A DNA stretch of 32,000 nt, taken from contig JAFCEL010000001.1 in assembly GCA_017609205.1 (NCBI GenBank), forward strand, positions 150,001 to 182,000. The letters run 5' to 3'. Origin of the DNA: Candidatus Saccharimonadota bacterium (GTDB lineage: Archaea; Nanobdellota; Nanobdellia; Pacearchaeales; GW2011-AR1). This document shows, in pieces, positions 9,890-18,390 of this stretch (position 1 is its first letter; each line of letters begins with the position of its first letter). The notes below the pieces were generated by a model that saw only the letters and a program-made list of their open reading frames with translations, searched no databases and was not told the DNA's origin. Position numbers and translations under genes: made by a program.

Positions 9890-10555
9890 ATGTTCAGAAA
9901 AAAAAGCTGTGAGAATTGCGGCGAAAAAATAAGTGGAAAAGAGAATTTTTGTCCTAATTGTGGAAAAGAATTAAAATCTAATTCTAAAAAAGACGATTGG
10001 GGCATGCTTGGAAAAGAGGATTTTGAAGAATTTAGAGAAGAAATAAGATTACCCAAAGGAATGAATCTGTTATTTAATACTTTAATCAAAAGCTTAGATA
10101 AACAATTTCAAGAATTAGAAAAAGGGGCAAGAGAAAAGATTGATTCTCCTAATATAAAGAAGAGTGGCGTAAGTGTGAATATCTCTATATCAGGAAATTC
10201 CCCTCCAAAAATAAAAATAGACCAGTTTGGAAACAGGCTTGGAAAAGAAAAAACCTTCAGAGAAATTAAAGGGGTTCAAATGAAACTTTCTCCAGAAAAG
10301 ATGAAAAAATTATCAAATCTTCCAAAAAAAGAGCCACAAATTAAAAGAAAAAGAATCTCGGATTCAATTATTTATGAGCTAAATATACCTGGGGTAAAAT
10401 CTATAGAAGATGTTTCAATTGTTCGCTTAGAAAATAGTATTGAAATAAAAGCAATAGGAAATAAATATGTTTATCAAAAGATAATTCCAATAAATCTCCC
10501 AATAATAAATTACGATATATCAAACGGAAAATTAATTCTTGAACTAAAGGGATAA
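9890..10555 (+). CDS. zinc-ribbon protein with C-terminal HSP20/alpha-crystallin-like domain
   Basis: N-terminal CENCGEKISGKENFCPNCG zinc ribbon. The C-terminal IIYELNIPGVKSIEDVSIVRLENSIEIKA...NGKLILELK follows the small-HSP beta-sandwich pattern. Confidence 0.45.
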   Translation: MFRKKSCENCGEKISGKENFCPNCGKELKSNSKKDDWGMLGKEDFEEFREEIRLPKGMNLLFNTLIKSLDKQFQELEKGAREKIDSPNIKKSGVSVNISISGNSPPKIKIDQFGNRLGKEKTFREIKGVQMKLSPEKMKKLSNLPKKEPQIKRKRISDSIIYELNIPGVKSIEDVSIVRLENSIEIKAIGNKYVYQKIIPINLPIINYDISNGKLILELKG

Positions 10556-10564
10556 AACAAAAAC

Positions 10565-10573
10565 TTATAAATA
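10565..10573 (+). promoter_or_regulatory. TATA box (TTATAAATA) upstream of the tRNA-Ile locus
   Basis: Best TATA match in the 10556-10654 spacer. It lies about 27 nt upstream of the degenerate tRNA 5' fragment, not upstream of the intact gene. Confidence 0.5.
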
Positions 10574-10595
10574 ACTTTTTCTCTTGAAGATTGAT

Positions 10596-10640
10596 GAAGC
10601 CTGTAGCTCAGCCTAGTTAAAAGATAACGCTAAACTGGGT
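10596..10640 (+). pseudogene. degenerate partial copy of the tRNA-Ile 5' exon plus intron start
   Basis: AGCCTGTAGCTCAGCC (10598-10613) is identical to 10656-10671 of the intact gene. It is followed by decayed TAGTTA...GATAACGCTAAACT, versus AGGTTAGAGCACTGCTCTGATAAACTAAACT in the gene. No T arm or 3' acceptor strand. Confidence 0.7.
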
Positions 10641-10654
10641 TGACTACAAATAAA

Positions 10655-10771
10655 GAGCCTGTAGCTCAGCCAGGTTAGAGCACTGCTCTGATAAACTAAA
10701 CTCGTTTAGTTTGCTAAACCTGTTTAGATTTAGTAAGGCAGGGGTCCGCGGTTCAAATCCGCGCAGGCTCA
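10655..10771 (+). tRNA. tRNA-Ile (anticodon GAU) with 42-nt intron at 37/38
   Basis: Acceptor GAGCCUG/CAGGCUC. D arm GCUC-AGCCAGGUUA-GAGC. Anticodon stem CUGCU/GGCAG. Loop CUGAUA|intron|A. V loop GGGUC. T arm CGCGG-UUCAAAU-CCGCG. Discriminator A. Intron about 10694-10735, boundary ambiguous by 1-2 A residues. Confidence 0.9.
10694..10735 (+). other. tRNA-Ile intron (bulge-helix-bulge type, canonical position)
   Basis: Exon CUGA (10688-10691) can pair with intron UUAG (10730-10733) as the central 4-bp helix, flanked by UAA(A) and UAA bulges. The rest forms a rod from CUAAAC/GUUUAG units. Confidence 0.75.
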
Positions 10772-10880
10772 TAAGGTAGATTATTTAGCTTCTTCTGAAA
10801 TTCTCAATTATTGAAATTGCTAAAATTTTGACCAATAAAAGACTCATAAGCTTTTTAAACCAATTTCTTTTCAATAAAAC

Positions 10881-11486
10881 ATGACAGATAAAGAAATTAA
10901 AGAAAATCCAAAAAGTGTTAAAGGATTTTATCATTATCTGAAACAATTATGGAAAAAACCAGATAAGAAAATCCTAAGAGAAAGAATGATTGAATGGAGA
11001 AAATCAAATGTCTTCACAAAAGTTGAAAAACCACTTCGTCTTGACAGAGCAAGAGCATTAGGATACAAAGATAAGAAAGGTTTTGTTATAATTAGAGTAA
11101 AGGTAAAAAGAGGGGGACATAAGCGTCCACGCCCAAATGCAGGAAGAAGAAGTAAAAGAATGCATACAAGAAAAAACCTAAAGATGTCTTACAAGTGGAT
11201 TGCAGAACAAAGAGTAGAGAGGAAATACAGAAATCTCGTTGTTTTAAACTCTTATCTAATAGGAAAAGATGGACAACATTACTTCTATGAGGTAATATGT
11301 GTTGATCCTCAAAGACCAGAAATAAAAAATGATAAAAAAATAAACTGGATTTGTAAGAAATTTAATCAAAAAAGAGCTATGAGAGGATTGACTTCAGCAG
11401 GAAAAAAATCACGCGGACTTCGAAGCAAAAATCCAATGAACAAATCTCGCCCATCTGTTAGGGCAGGTGGAAGAAAAGGGAAGTAG
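10881..11486 (+). CDS. rpl15e: 50S ribosomal protein L15e
   Basis: KGFYHYLKQLWKKP...IEWRKSNVFTKVEKPLRLDRARALGYKDKKGFVIIRVKVKRGG is the conserved eL15 N-terminus. Basic C-terminus. CTTTTTAAAC box about 30 nt upstream. Confidence 0.93.
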   Translation: MTDKEIKENPKSVKGFYHYLKQLWKKPDKKILRERMIEWRKSNVFTKVEKPLRLDRARALGYKDKKGFVIIRVKVKRGGHKRPRPNAGRRSKRMHTRKNLKMSYKWIAEQRVERKYRNLVVLNSYLIGKDGQHYFYEVICVDPQRPEIKNDKKINWICKKFNQKRAMRGLTSAGKKSRGLRSKNPMNKSRPSVRAGGRKGK

Positions 11487-11522
11487 ATATAAAATTTATA
11501 AATTCTAAATTATTTCTTTTTT

Positions 11523-12104
11523 ATGCAACTTAAAGATTCACAAACAGAAAAAAATCTGTTGAAAGCATTTGCAGGAGAAAGCCAAGCGAGAAACCGTTAT
11601 ACTTACTTTGCATCTATTGCTAAAAAAGAAGGATACGAACAAATATCAGCAATATTTTTAGAGACAGCAGATAATGAAAAAGAACATGCTAAAGTCTTCT
11701 TCGAGTACTTAAAAGAATCAGGGGGAGAACCTACTGAAATAACAGCATCATATCCTGCTGGAAAGATAGGGACAACAAAAGAGAATCTGCTTGCTGCTGC
11801 AGAAGGTGAAAAAAAAGAATGGGAAGAGTTATATCCTGAATTTGAGAAAATTGCAAGAGAAGAAGGATTTGAGGAGATTGCTGATTCTTTCAAAGAAATT
11901 GCAGAAGTTGAGGAACAGCATGAAAAAAGATACAGAAAACTCTTGGAGAATATTGAAGACAAAAAAGTTTTTGAAAAAGAAAGGACTGTGAAATGGAAAT
12001 GCAGAAATTGCGGTTATGTTCATATTGGAAAGTCTGCTCCAGAGATTTGTCCTGCTTGCAAACATCCACGTGCATATTATGAGATTTTAGCAGAAAATTA
12101 TTAA
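11523..12104 (+). CDS. rbr: rubrerythrin
   Basis: Ferritin-like diiron motifs (TEKNLLKAFAGESQARNRY, EKEHAKVF, EGEKKEW, EEQHEKRY) plus a C-terminal rubredoxin CRNCGY...CPACKHP. Confidence 0.93.
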   Translation: MQLKDSQTEKNLLKAFAGESQARNRYTYFASIAKKEGYEQISAIFLETADNEKEHAKVFFEYLKESGGEPTEITASYPAGKIGTTKENLLAAAEGEKKEWEELYPEFEKIAREEGFEEIADSFKEIAEVEEQHEKRYRKLLENIEDKKVFEKERTVKWKCRNCGYVHIGKSAPEICPACKHPRAYYEILAENY

Positions 12105-12167
12105 GATATTTAGAACTACAAAAAGCAATTAACCCAAATCTTAAAAATACTCTTTCCTTATTGTTTT

Positions 12168-13871
12168 ATGCTCTATAAAAAACTGGCACAACTCTATGAG
12201 GAGCTCAGTTCAACAACAAAACGACTTAAAAAAATCTCAATTCTCTCAAAATTTTTAGAATATCTCTCTAATAGGGACAGAGACATAATATACCTTCTTC
12301 TAGGAAGAATCTATCCCGAATACGACGAGAGAAAGATTGGTATTTCAAATCAACTTGCAATAAAAGCAATCTCTAAGGCAACAGGAACTTCTGAGGAAGG
12401 AGTAACAAAAATGTGGAAAAGAATAGGAGATTTAGGAAAAGTTGCAGAAGAACTGGTAAGAAAAAAAACACAATCAACATTGCATTCACACATCATAACC
12501 ACAGAGAAAGTCTTAGAAAACTTAAGAAAACTTCCTGAACTTGAAGGCAAAGGAACTGTTGGCAAGAAATTATCACTGATAACAGAACTTCTAACATCTG
12601 CATCTCCTATCGAGGCCAAATATCTCATAAGAACATTAATAGGTGATTTGAGAATTGGTGTTCAAGAAAGCACAATAAGAGAATCTATTGCTATTACCTT
12701 TTTCAAAGACAAAAAAGCATCTGAAAAAATTCAGAAAGCGATTGATAGAGCAAATGACTTAGCAAGAGTTTTTGAAGTAGCAAAAAAAGGCAAGATATCT
12801 GAACTAGAAAAGATTCATCTTGAAGTAGGAAAACCTATCAAAGTTATGCTTGCTCAAAAAGTCCTGACGATTAAGGATGGATTCAAGGCTCTTGGCAAAC
12901 CTTGTGCAATAGAATATAAATATGATGGATTTAGATTAGTAATTCATAAAAAGAAAAAAGAGATAAAATTATTTACACGAAGACTTGAAGATGTAACAAA
13001 ACAATTTCCAGAAGTTGTTGAATATGTTCAAAAATACGTAAAAGGAAAATCATTTATTCTAGATTCAGAAGCAGTCGGTTTTCACAAAAAAACAAAAGAA
13101 TATCAGCCTTTTCAGGCAATAAGCCAGAGAATCAAGAGAAAATACAATGTTGAAAAACTAAAAGAGGACCTGCCAGTTGAAATAAATGTTTTTGATATCT
13201 TATATTACAATGGAAAGTCTCAAATTGACAAACCGTTTGAAAAAAGAAGTGAATTAATAAAGAAAATTGTAGATAACCACCCCTATAAAATTGTATGTTC
13301 CAAGCAGATTATAACCAGCGACGAGAAAGAAGCAGAAAGATTCTATAAAAAAGCCCTGAAAGATAATCAAGAAGGAATTATGATGAAGAACCTTCATGCA
13401 ATATACCAACCTGGAAGTAGGGTAGGACATATGTTAAAAATAAAACCCGAAGACAGAGACCTTGATTTGGCAATAACTGGAGCAGAATATGGAACTGGAA
13501 AAAGAAGTGGTTGGATGTCTAGTTTTATTCTCTCATGCAGAAATAAAAAAGGAGAATTTTTAGAAATAGGAAAAGTCGGAACAGGAATCAAAGAAAAGTC
13601 AGAACAGGGAATTTCATTTAAAGAACTGACTGAAAAATTAAAGTCGTTGATAATTAGTGAGAAGGGAAAGAGTGTAAAAATTAAACCAAAGATAGTCGTA
13701 TCTGTAACTTATCAAGAAATCCAAAGATCTCCTAACTATAATTCTGGATTCGCTTTAAGATTCCCCAGATTTATAGCACTTCGCCCAGATAAAGAAGTAT
13801 CTGAAATATCAACACTTGAAGAAATCAAAAAAGATTTTGAGAATCAGAAGAGACGTTGGGGATATGGATAA
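12168..13871 (+). CDS. lig: ATP-dependent DNA ligase
   Basis: Adenylation motif I CAIEYKYDGFRLVIHK (KxDG). LDSEAV and EGIMMK motifs. OB-domain tail ...FALRFPRFIALRPDK. 567 aa, typical archaeal Lig1-like size. Confidence 0.95.
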   Translation: MLYKKLAQLYEELSSTTKRLKKISILSKFLEYLSNRDRDIIYLLLGRIYPEYDERKIGISNQLAIKAISKATGTSEEGVTKMWKRIGDLGKVAEELVRKKTQSTLHSHIITTEKVLENLRKLPELEGKGTVGKKLSLITELLTSASPIEAKYLIRTLIGDLRIGVQESTIRESIAITFFKDKKASEKIQKAIDRANDLARVFEVAKKGKISELEKIHLEVGKPIKVMLAQKVLTIKDGFKALGKPCAIEYKYDGFRLVIHKKKKEIKLFTRRLEDVTKQFPEVVEYVQKYVKGKSFILDSEAVGFHKKTKEYQPFQAISQRIKRKYNVEKLKEDLPVEINVFDILYYNGKSQIDKPFEKRSELIKKIVDNHPYKIVCSKQIITSDEKEAERFYKKALKDNQEGIMMKNLHAIYQPGSRVGHMLKIKPEDRDLDLAITGAEYGTGKRSGWMSSFILSCRNKKGEFLEIGKVGTGIKEKSEQGISFKELTEKLKSLIISEKGKSVKIKPKIVVSVTYQEIQRSPNYNSGFALRFPRFIALRPDKEVSEISTLEEIKKDFENQKRRWGYG

Positions 13872-13902
13872 AAACTATAAACTTCAAAATACCTTATAAA
13901 TT

Positions 13903-14997
13903 ATGAGACTCTCAGAAATCTCTAATTATTTTTCGCTTGCAATAAAAATAATTCTAATTGCTTCTATATTCAACGCTATTTATATGGGTTTGTGGCATAT
14001 CATGTCAGCAAATATCTTCCTGCTCATTCTCCTTTTTCTCCCACAAATTCTGAAAAGAAGTTATGAAATAAAATTACCTGTTGAATTTGAATGGATTCTG
14101 CTATTGTTTGTCATCTCTACATTTTTTCTTAGAGGAATACAAATAATTATTGCCCCTCTATTATTTGGGATTGCAATGGGTTTAGTGGGTTTTATGATTC
14201 TATTAATCCTCTATTCTACAAATCAGATAAGAAAGAATCTATGGCTAATGACTGTTTTTGCATTCACTTTTTCCATTAGTTTAGGATTTATCCTAGAATT
14301 ATTGAAGTTTTATTTAAAGAAAATTTTAGGACATCAACTAAGCCAGGACATATACATTTTCTCTATGTACACTATGACTTATGTTTTCTTCGGAGCATTT
14401 ATTTCTTTAGCAATGGGCTATCTTTACTTGAAAGGTTATAAGAGAATTTTATATAAATTAGTAAGAAAATTTATGGATGTAAACCCCTCAATAAAACAGA
14501 GAAAGAATGAAATAGACGACATTCTTGAATTAATAAAGGAAGGTGAAGGGGAGAGAACAGAATTCAAATCAACTTTGAGGGTTAATCTCTACACAAAAGA
14601 TATTGACAGAAAAATAGAATACTCTGTATTAAAAACAATTTCTTCATTTTTAAACTCAAAAGGAGGAATATTATTAATAGGTGTCTCAGATAGAGGGGAG
14701 ATAATTGGAATTGAAAAGGATAGATTTGATAACGAAGACAAGTTCACTCTTCATCTAATTAATTTAATCAAAGAGAAAATAGGAAAGAGATATTTGAATT
14801 TAATAGACATTCAAACATTCAAAATTAAAGATAAAACCATATTAAAACTTGAATGTCTAAAAAGTAACAAACCAGTATTCTTGAAAAATAATTCTGGAGA
14901 AGAAGAATTCTATATTCGAGCAGGTCCTTCAAGCACACAAATTCACGGAAGTGAATTGATTGAATATATTGAAAAAAGATTCAAAAAGAAGAATTAA
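13903..14997 (+). CDS. membrane protein (about 6 TM) with C-terminal AlbA_2/Schlafen-type putative DNA-binding domain
   Basis: The N-terminal 180 aa are hydrophobic helices. The C-terminal EGEGERTEFKSTLRVNL...LKTISSFLNSKGGILLIGVSDRGEIIGIE matches the AlbA_2 (divergent AAA_4) signature E.K....... then FAN..GG.L.iGV.D.G.i.G. Confidence 0.6.
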   Translation: MRLSEISNYFSLAIKIILIASIFNAIYMGLWHIMSANIFLLILLFLPQILKRSYEIKLPVEFEWILLLFVISTFFLRGIQIIIAPLLFGIAMGLVGFMILLILYSTNQIRKNLWLMTVFAFTFSISLGFILELLKFYLKKILGHQLSQDIYIFSMYTMTYVFFGAFISLAMGYLYLKGYKRILYKLVRKFMDVNPSIKQRKNEIDDILELIKEGEGERTEFKSTLRVNLYTKDIDRKIEYSVLKTISSFLNSKGGILLIGVSDRGEIIGIEKDRFDNEDKFTLHLINLIKEKIGKRYLNLIDIQTFKIKDKTILKLECLKSNKPVFLKNNSGEEEFYIRAGPSSTQIHGSELIEYIEKRFKKKN

Positions 14998-15012
14998 TTA
15001 ACCTCGATACCT

Positions 15013-15022
15013 TTATAAATAA
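15013..15022 (+). promoter_or_regulatory. TATA box (TTTATAAATA) of the tbp gene
   Basis: 28 nt upstream of ATG 15041 with no SD in between, which implies a leaderless transcript. The same geometry is seen for lig, mcm, rpl15e, rbr and the nitroreductase. Confidence 0.6.
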
Positions 15023-15040
15023 AAATCTCTAATAAACATC

Positions 15041-15589
15041 ATGCCAAGCAATTATAAAATTCAAAATATTGTTGCAACGACATCATTAGAAAAACCAATT
15101 CCCCTAACAAAACTTGCAAGAACGCAATCAAATACAGAGTATAATCCAGAAACATTTCCAGGACTGATCCTTAGAATAAAACAACCAAAGTCAGCAGTTC
15201 TTGTTTTCTCATCAGGAAATCTTGTATGTACTGGGACAAAATCTATAGCACAGGTCAAACAAGTTATTAAAGAAGTTATAAAGCAACTCAAGAAGATAAA
15301 TGTTAAAATAACTGCCACACCAAAGATAACGGTTCAAAACATTGTTGCTTCAGGAACAATTGACCTTAAATTAAATCTCAACTTTCTTGCTCTTGAGATG
15401 GACAACACAGAATATGAACCAGAGCAGTTTCCAGGGTTGGTTTATAAACTTATTGAACCAAATGCGACTTTTCTCCTTTTTAGTAATGGAAAACTTGTAT
15501 GTACTGGGACAAAGAATAAAGCCCAATTAGAAGATAGCATGGAGCAACTTTTGAAAAATGTCAAACAGGCATTGAAAAACTATAAATAG
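15041..15589 (+). CDS. tbp: TATA-box binding protein
   Basis: Two direct repeats IQNIVATTSL...FPGLILRIKQPKSAVLVFSSGNLVCTGTKS and VQNIVASGTI...FPGLVYKLIEPNATFLLFSNGKLVCTGTKN. 182 aa. Confidence 0.97.
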   Translation: MPSNYKIQNIVATTSLEKPIPLTKLARTQSNTEYNPETFPGLILRIKQPKSAVLVFSSGNLVCTGTKSIAQVKQVIKEVIKQLKKINVKITATPKITVQNIVASGTIDLKLNLNFLALEMDNTEYEPEQFPGLVYKLIEPNATFLLFSNGKLVCTGTKNKAQLEDSMEQLLKNVKQALKNYK

Positions 15590-15651
15590 ATTTCTAAAAC
15601 TACTTAATAATATATATAAATCTATAAAAAAGACATCAGCTTCTTTCTAAA

Positions 15652-17676
15652 ATGGAAGAAGAGGCAAAAAAACCAAAAAAAGAAGAATTGATAATTGAAG
15701 CAAAAAATTTCTTTGATACTTATAAAAAAGAAATAGGAGAGTCAATCAGAAAAGAAGATAATGTTATTTATATTGACTTTATGAAACTTACAGAGTTCTC
15801 GAATAGTATTTCAGATGAAATTATCTCAAACCCAGAAGAAACCCTTAATATCCTTGAAATTGCAATAGAGGAATTGGGTCTGGTTGAGAATGCAAGGATA
15901 AGACTCTACAACCTTCCTAAGATTCAAGAGATAAAAATAAGAAATCTTCGTTCAAAACATCTAAATGAGATGATTGTCATAGAAGGTATAATTAGGCAAT
16001 CCTCAGATGTTCGGCCGCAAGTAGTAAATGCAAAATTCGAATGTCCAAGCTGTGGAACAATTCTTTCTGTTCTTCAAATAGAAAAAAAATTCAGAGAGCC
16101 AACAAGATGTTCTTGTGGAAGAAAAGGGGGTTTTAGATTAATCTCAAAAGAAATGGTGGATACTCAGAGATTGGTTATTGAAGAATCTCCAGAATCTCTT
16201 TCAGGGGGGGAACAGCCAAAAAGATTGAATGTTTTTGTCAAAGAGGATCTGGTTGAACCAAGAATGGAAGAAAAAACAACTCCTGGAAGCAGAGTAAAAG
16301 TAATTGGCGTTTTAAAAGAAGTTCCTGTTCCTCTTTCATCAGGAGGATTATCGACAAGATTTGAGCTCGCAATAGAAGCAAATAATGTTATCCCTCTCGA
16401 AGAGACATTTGAAGAACTTGATATCTCAGAGGAGGATGAGAGGCAGATAATAGAACTGTCACAGGACCCAAAAATCTTTGATAAACTTGCATGCAGTATT
16501 GCTCCAAGTGTATGGGGTTATGAAGAAATAAAAAAATCCCTTGTCCTTCAATTATTCGGTGGTGTAAGAAAGATTCATGCTGATGGGCAAAAAAGCAGAG
16601 GGGACATTCACATCTTATTAATTGGTGATCCTGGAGTTGCAAAATCTGTAACACTTACCTTCATGGCAAATATTTCTCCAAAAGGAAGATATGTCGTCGG
16701 AAAATCTGCATCAGGAGCAGGATTGACAGCAACTGTTGTAAGAGATGAATATCTTAGAGGTTGGAGTCTGGAGGCGGGTGCAATGGTTCTTGCAAACAAA
16801 GGATTAGTATGCATAGATGAATTAGAAAAGATGGATCCTCACGATAGAAGCGCTATGCATGAGGGAATGGAACAGCAGACAATCACAATTTCAAAGGCAA
16901 ATGTCCAGGCAACACTTCGTTCAGAAACATCAGTACTTGCAGCAGCAAATCCAAAATTTGGGAGATTTGACCCTTATCAATCAATCGCCCAGCAAATTGA
17001 CCTTCCTCCGACGCTGATAAACAGATTTGACGTAATATTTACTCTAAGAGATATTCCAAATAGAGACAAAGATGAGAGAATAGCAAGACATGTCTTATCT
17101 GAACATCAAAAAAAAGGGGGAGAAATGATAATCCAAAAAGATATTTTCCAAAAATATGTTGCTTATGCAAAACAAAGAATAAGACCTTTTCTTTCCTCTG
17201 AAGCTGTTGAAGAACTAAAGAAATTTTATGTTGAATTAAGAAATGTCCCTATATCCTCAGAAAGTGCGATGAGACCAATTCCAATTTCTGCAAGACAACT
17301 TCAAGCATTAATAAGAATGGCAGAAGCATCTGCAAAAGTCCGTTTAGATGAAAAAGTCACTATAGACGACGCGAAAATAGCAATAGATTTAATGAAATAT
17401 TACCTTATGCAGGTAGGATATGACTATGAATCAAAGACAATTGATATTGACAGAATTTCAAGTAAATTTTCTACATCTCATAGAAATAAAGTTTTCACTG
17501 TAAGAGATACTATAACTGAACTCACAAAGAAATTTGGAGAACTGGTCCCTATCGAAGAGATTGAAAAAGAACTTGAAGACAGGTTAAAAAAAGATGAAAT
17601 CCACGACGCTATCCTTGAACTTGTGAAGAATAGTATAATCTTTGAACCAAGAAAAGGTTATGTTCAGAAGATGTGA
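15652..17676 (+). CDS. mcm: MCM replicative helicase
   Basis: Zn motif CPSCG...CSCG. Walker A LLIGDPGVAKS. Walker B CIDELEKM. Arginine finger SRFDVIF-like NRFDVIF. C-terminal winged helix. No intein. Confidence 0.97.
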   Translation: MEEEAKKPKKEELIIEAKNFFDTYKKEIGESIRKEDNVIYIDFMKLTEFSNSISDEIISNPEETLNILEIAIEELGLVENARIRLYNLPKIQEIKIRNLRSKHLNEMIVIEGIIRQSSDVRPQVVNAKFECPSCGTILSVLQIEKKFREPTRCSCGRKGGFRLISKEMVDTQRLVIEESPESLSGGEQPKRLNVFVKEDLVEPRMEEKTTPGSRVKVIGVLKEVPVPLSSGGLSTRFELAIEANNVIPLEETFEELDISEEDERQIIELSQDPKIFDKLACSIAPSVWGYEEIKKSLVLQLFGGVRKIHADGQKSRGDIHILLIGDPGVAKSVTLTFMANISPKGRYVVGKSASGAGLTATVVRDEYLRGWSLEAGAMVLANKGLVCIDELEKMDPHDRSAMHEGMEQQTITISKANVQATLRSETSVLAAANPKFGRFDPYQSIAQQIDLPPTLINRFDVIFTLRDIPNRDKDERIARHVLSEHQKKGGEMIIQKDIFQKYVAYAKQRIRPFLSSEAVEELKKFYVELRNVPISSESAMRPIPISARQLQALIRMAEASAKVRLDEKVTIDDAKIAIDLMKYYLMQVGYDYESKTIDIDRISSKFSTSHRNKVFTVRDTITELTKKFGELVPIEEIEKELEDRLKKDEIHDAILELVKNSIIFEPRKGYVQKM

Positions 17677-17720
17677 TTCAAACCACAAATCTTTAAAAAA
17701 CAGCTTCAATTTCTTCTAGA

Positions 17721-18344
17721 ATGAGTGAACAATTCAAAAGAAACATAGCATATAAATTAAGAGTCGGCGATATCCTAATGGGCAAACCAATATTTGATGG
17801 AGAGAGATTTAGCTTTCTCGAATTAGGAGATAAAAAAATTATAAGAGTCAATATTATTGCAAATATTGTCGATAAATATGAAAGTGAAGGAGAAAAAAGA
17901 TTTCTTGTATTCACCATTGACGACGGCACAGGTCAAATAAAAGCAAGAGCATTTGCAGAAGACGTTGAAAAGTTTAACAAATTTGTTCAAGGACAGACAG
18001 TTGTAGTAATCGGTGTTCTGAGAAGTTTTAATAATGAAATCTACATTCTCCCAGAAATAATCAAAGAAAAAGACCCAAGATACCTTTTATTAAGAAAACT
18101 TGAAGTTGAAAAAACAAAAAATCAAACAACTCCTGAAATTCCAAAAGAGAAGATAAAGGCTCTTAAGGATAGACTGCTTGAGAAAATCAAAGAAGCAGAA
18201 GAAGAAGGCGGAATTGATACAGAAAAACTAATAATGAATATAACAGATGCTACTCCTGAAATCATTAATTCAGAAATTAGAAAACTTCTTGAAGAAGGAA
18301 TAATTTTTGAACCACGTCCAGGGAGAGTAAGGTGGCTTGGATGA
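17721..18344 (+). CDS. OB-fold protein with C-terminal winged helix (RPA32/Stn1-like)
   Basis: VNIIANIVDKYESEGEKRFLVFTIDDGTGQIKARAF...GQTVVVIGVLRSFNNEIYILPE is an OB-fold pattern. An acidic linker is followed by ...LLEEGIIFEPRPGRVRWL, a wH-like tail. The gene lies immediately downstream of mcm. Confidence 0.55.
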   Translation: MSEQFKRNIAYKLRVGDILMGKPIFDGERFSFLELGDKKIIRVNIIANIVDKYESEGEKRFLVFTIDDGTGQIKARAFAEDVEKFNKFVQGQTVVVIGVLRSFNNEIYILPEIIKEKDPRYLLLRKLEVEKTKNQTTPEIPKEKIKALKDRLLEKIKEAEEEGGIDTEKLIMNITDATPEIINSEIRKLLEEGIIFEPRPGRVRWLG

Positions 18345-18390
18345 TTTTAAGAGAATAATTTAATGAATTAATCCATCATTACTAATAAGA

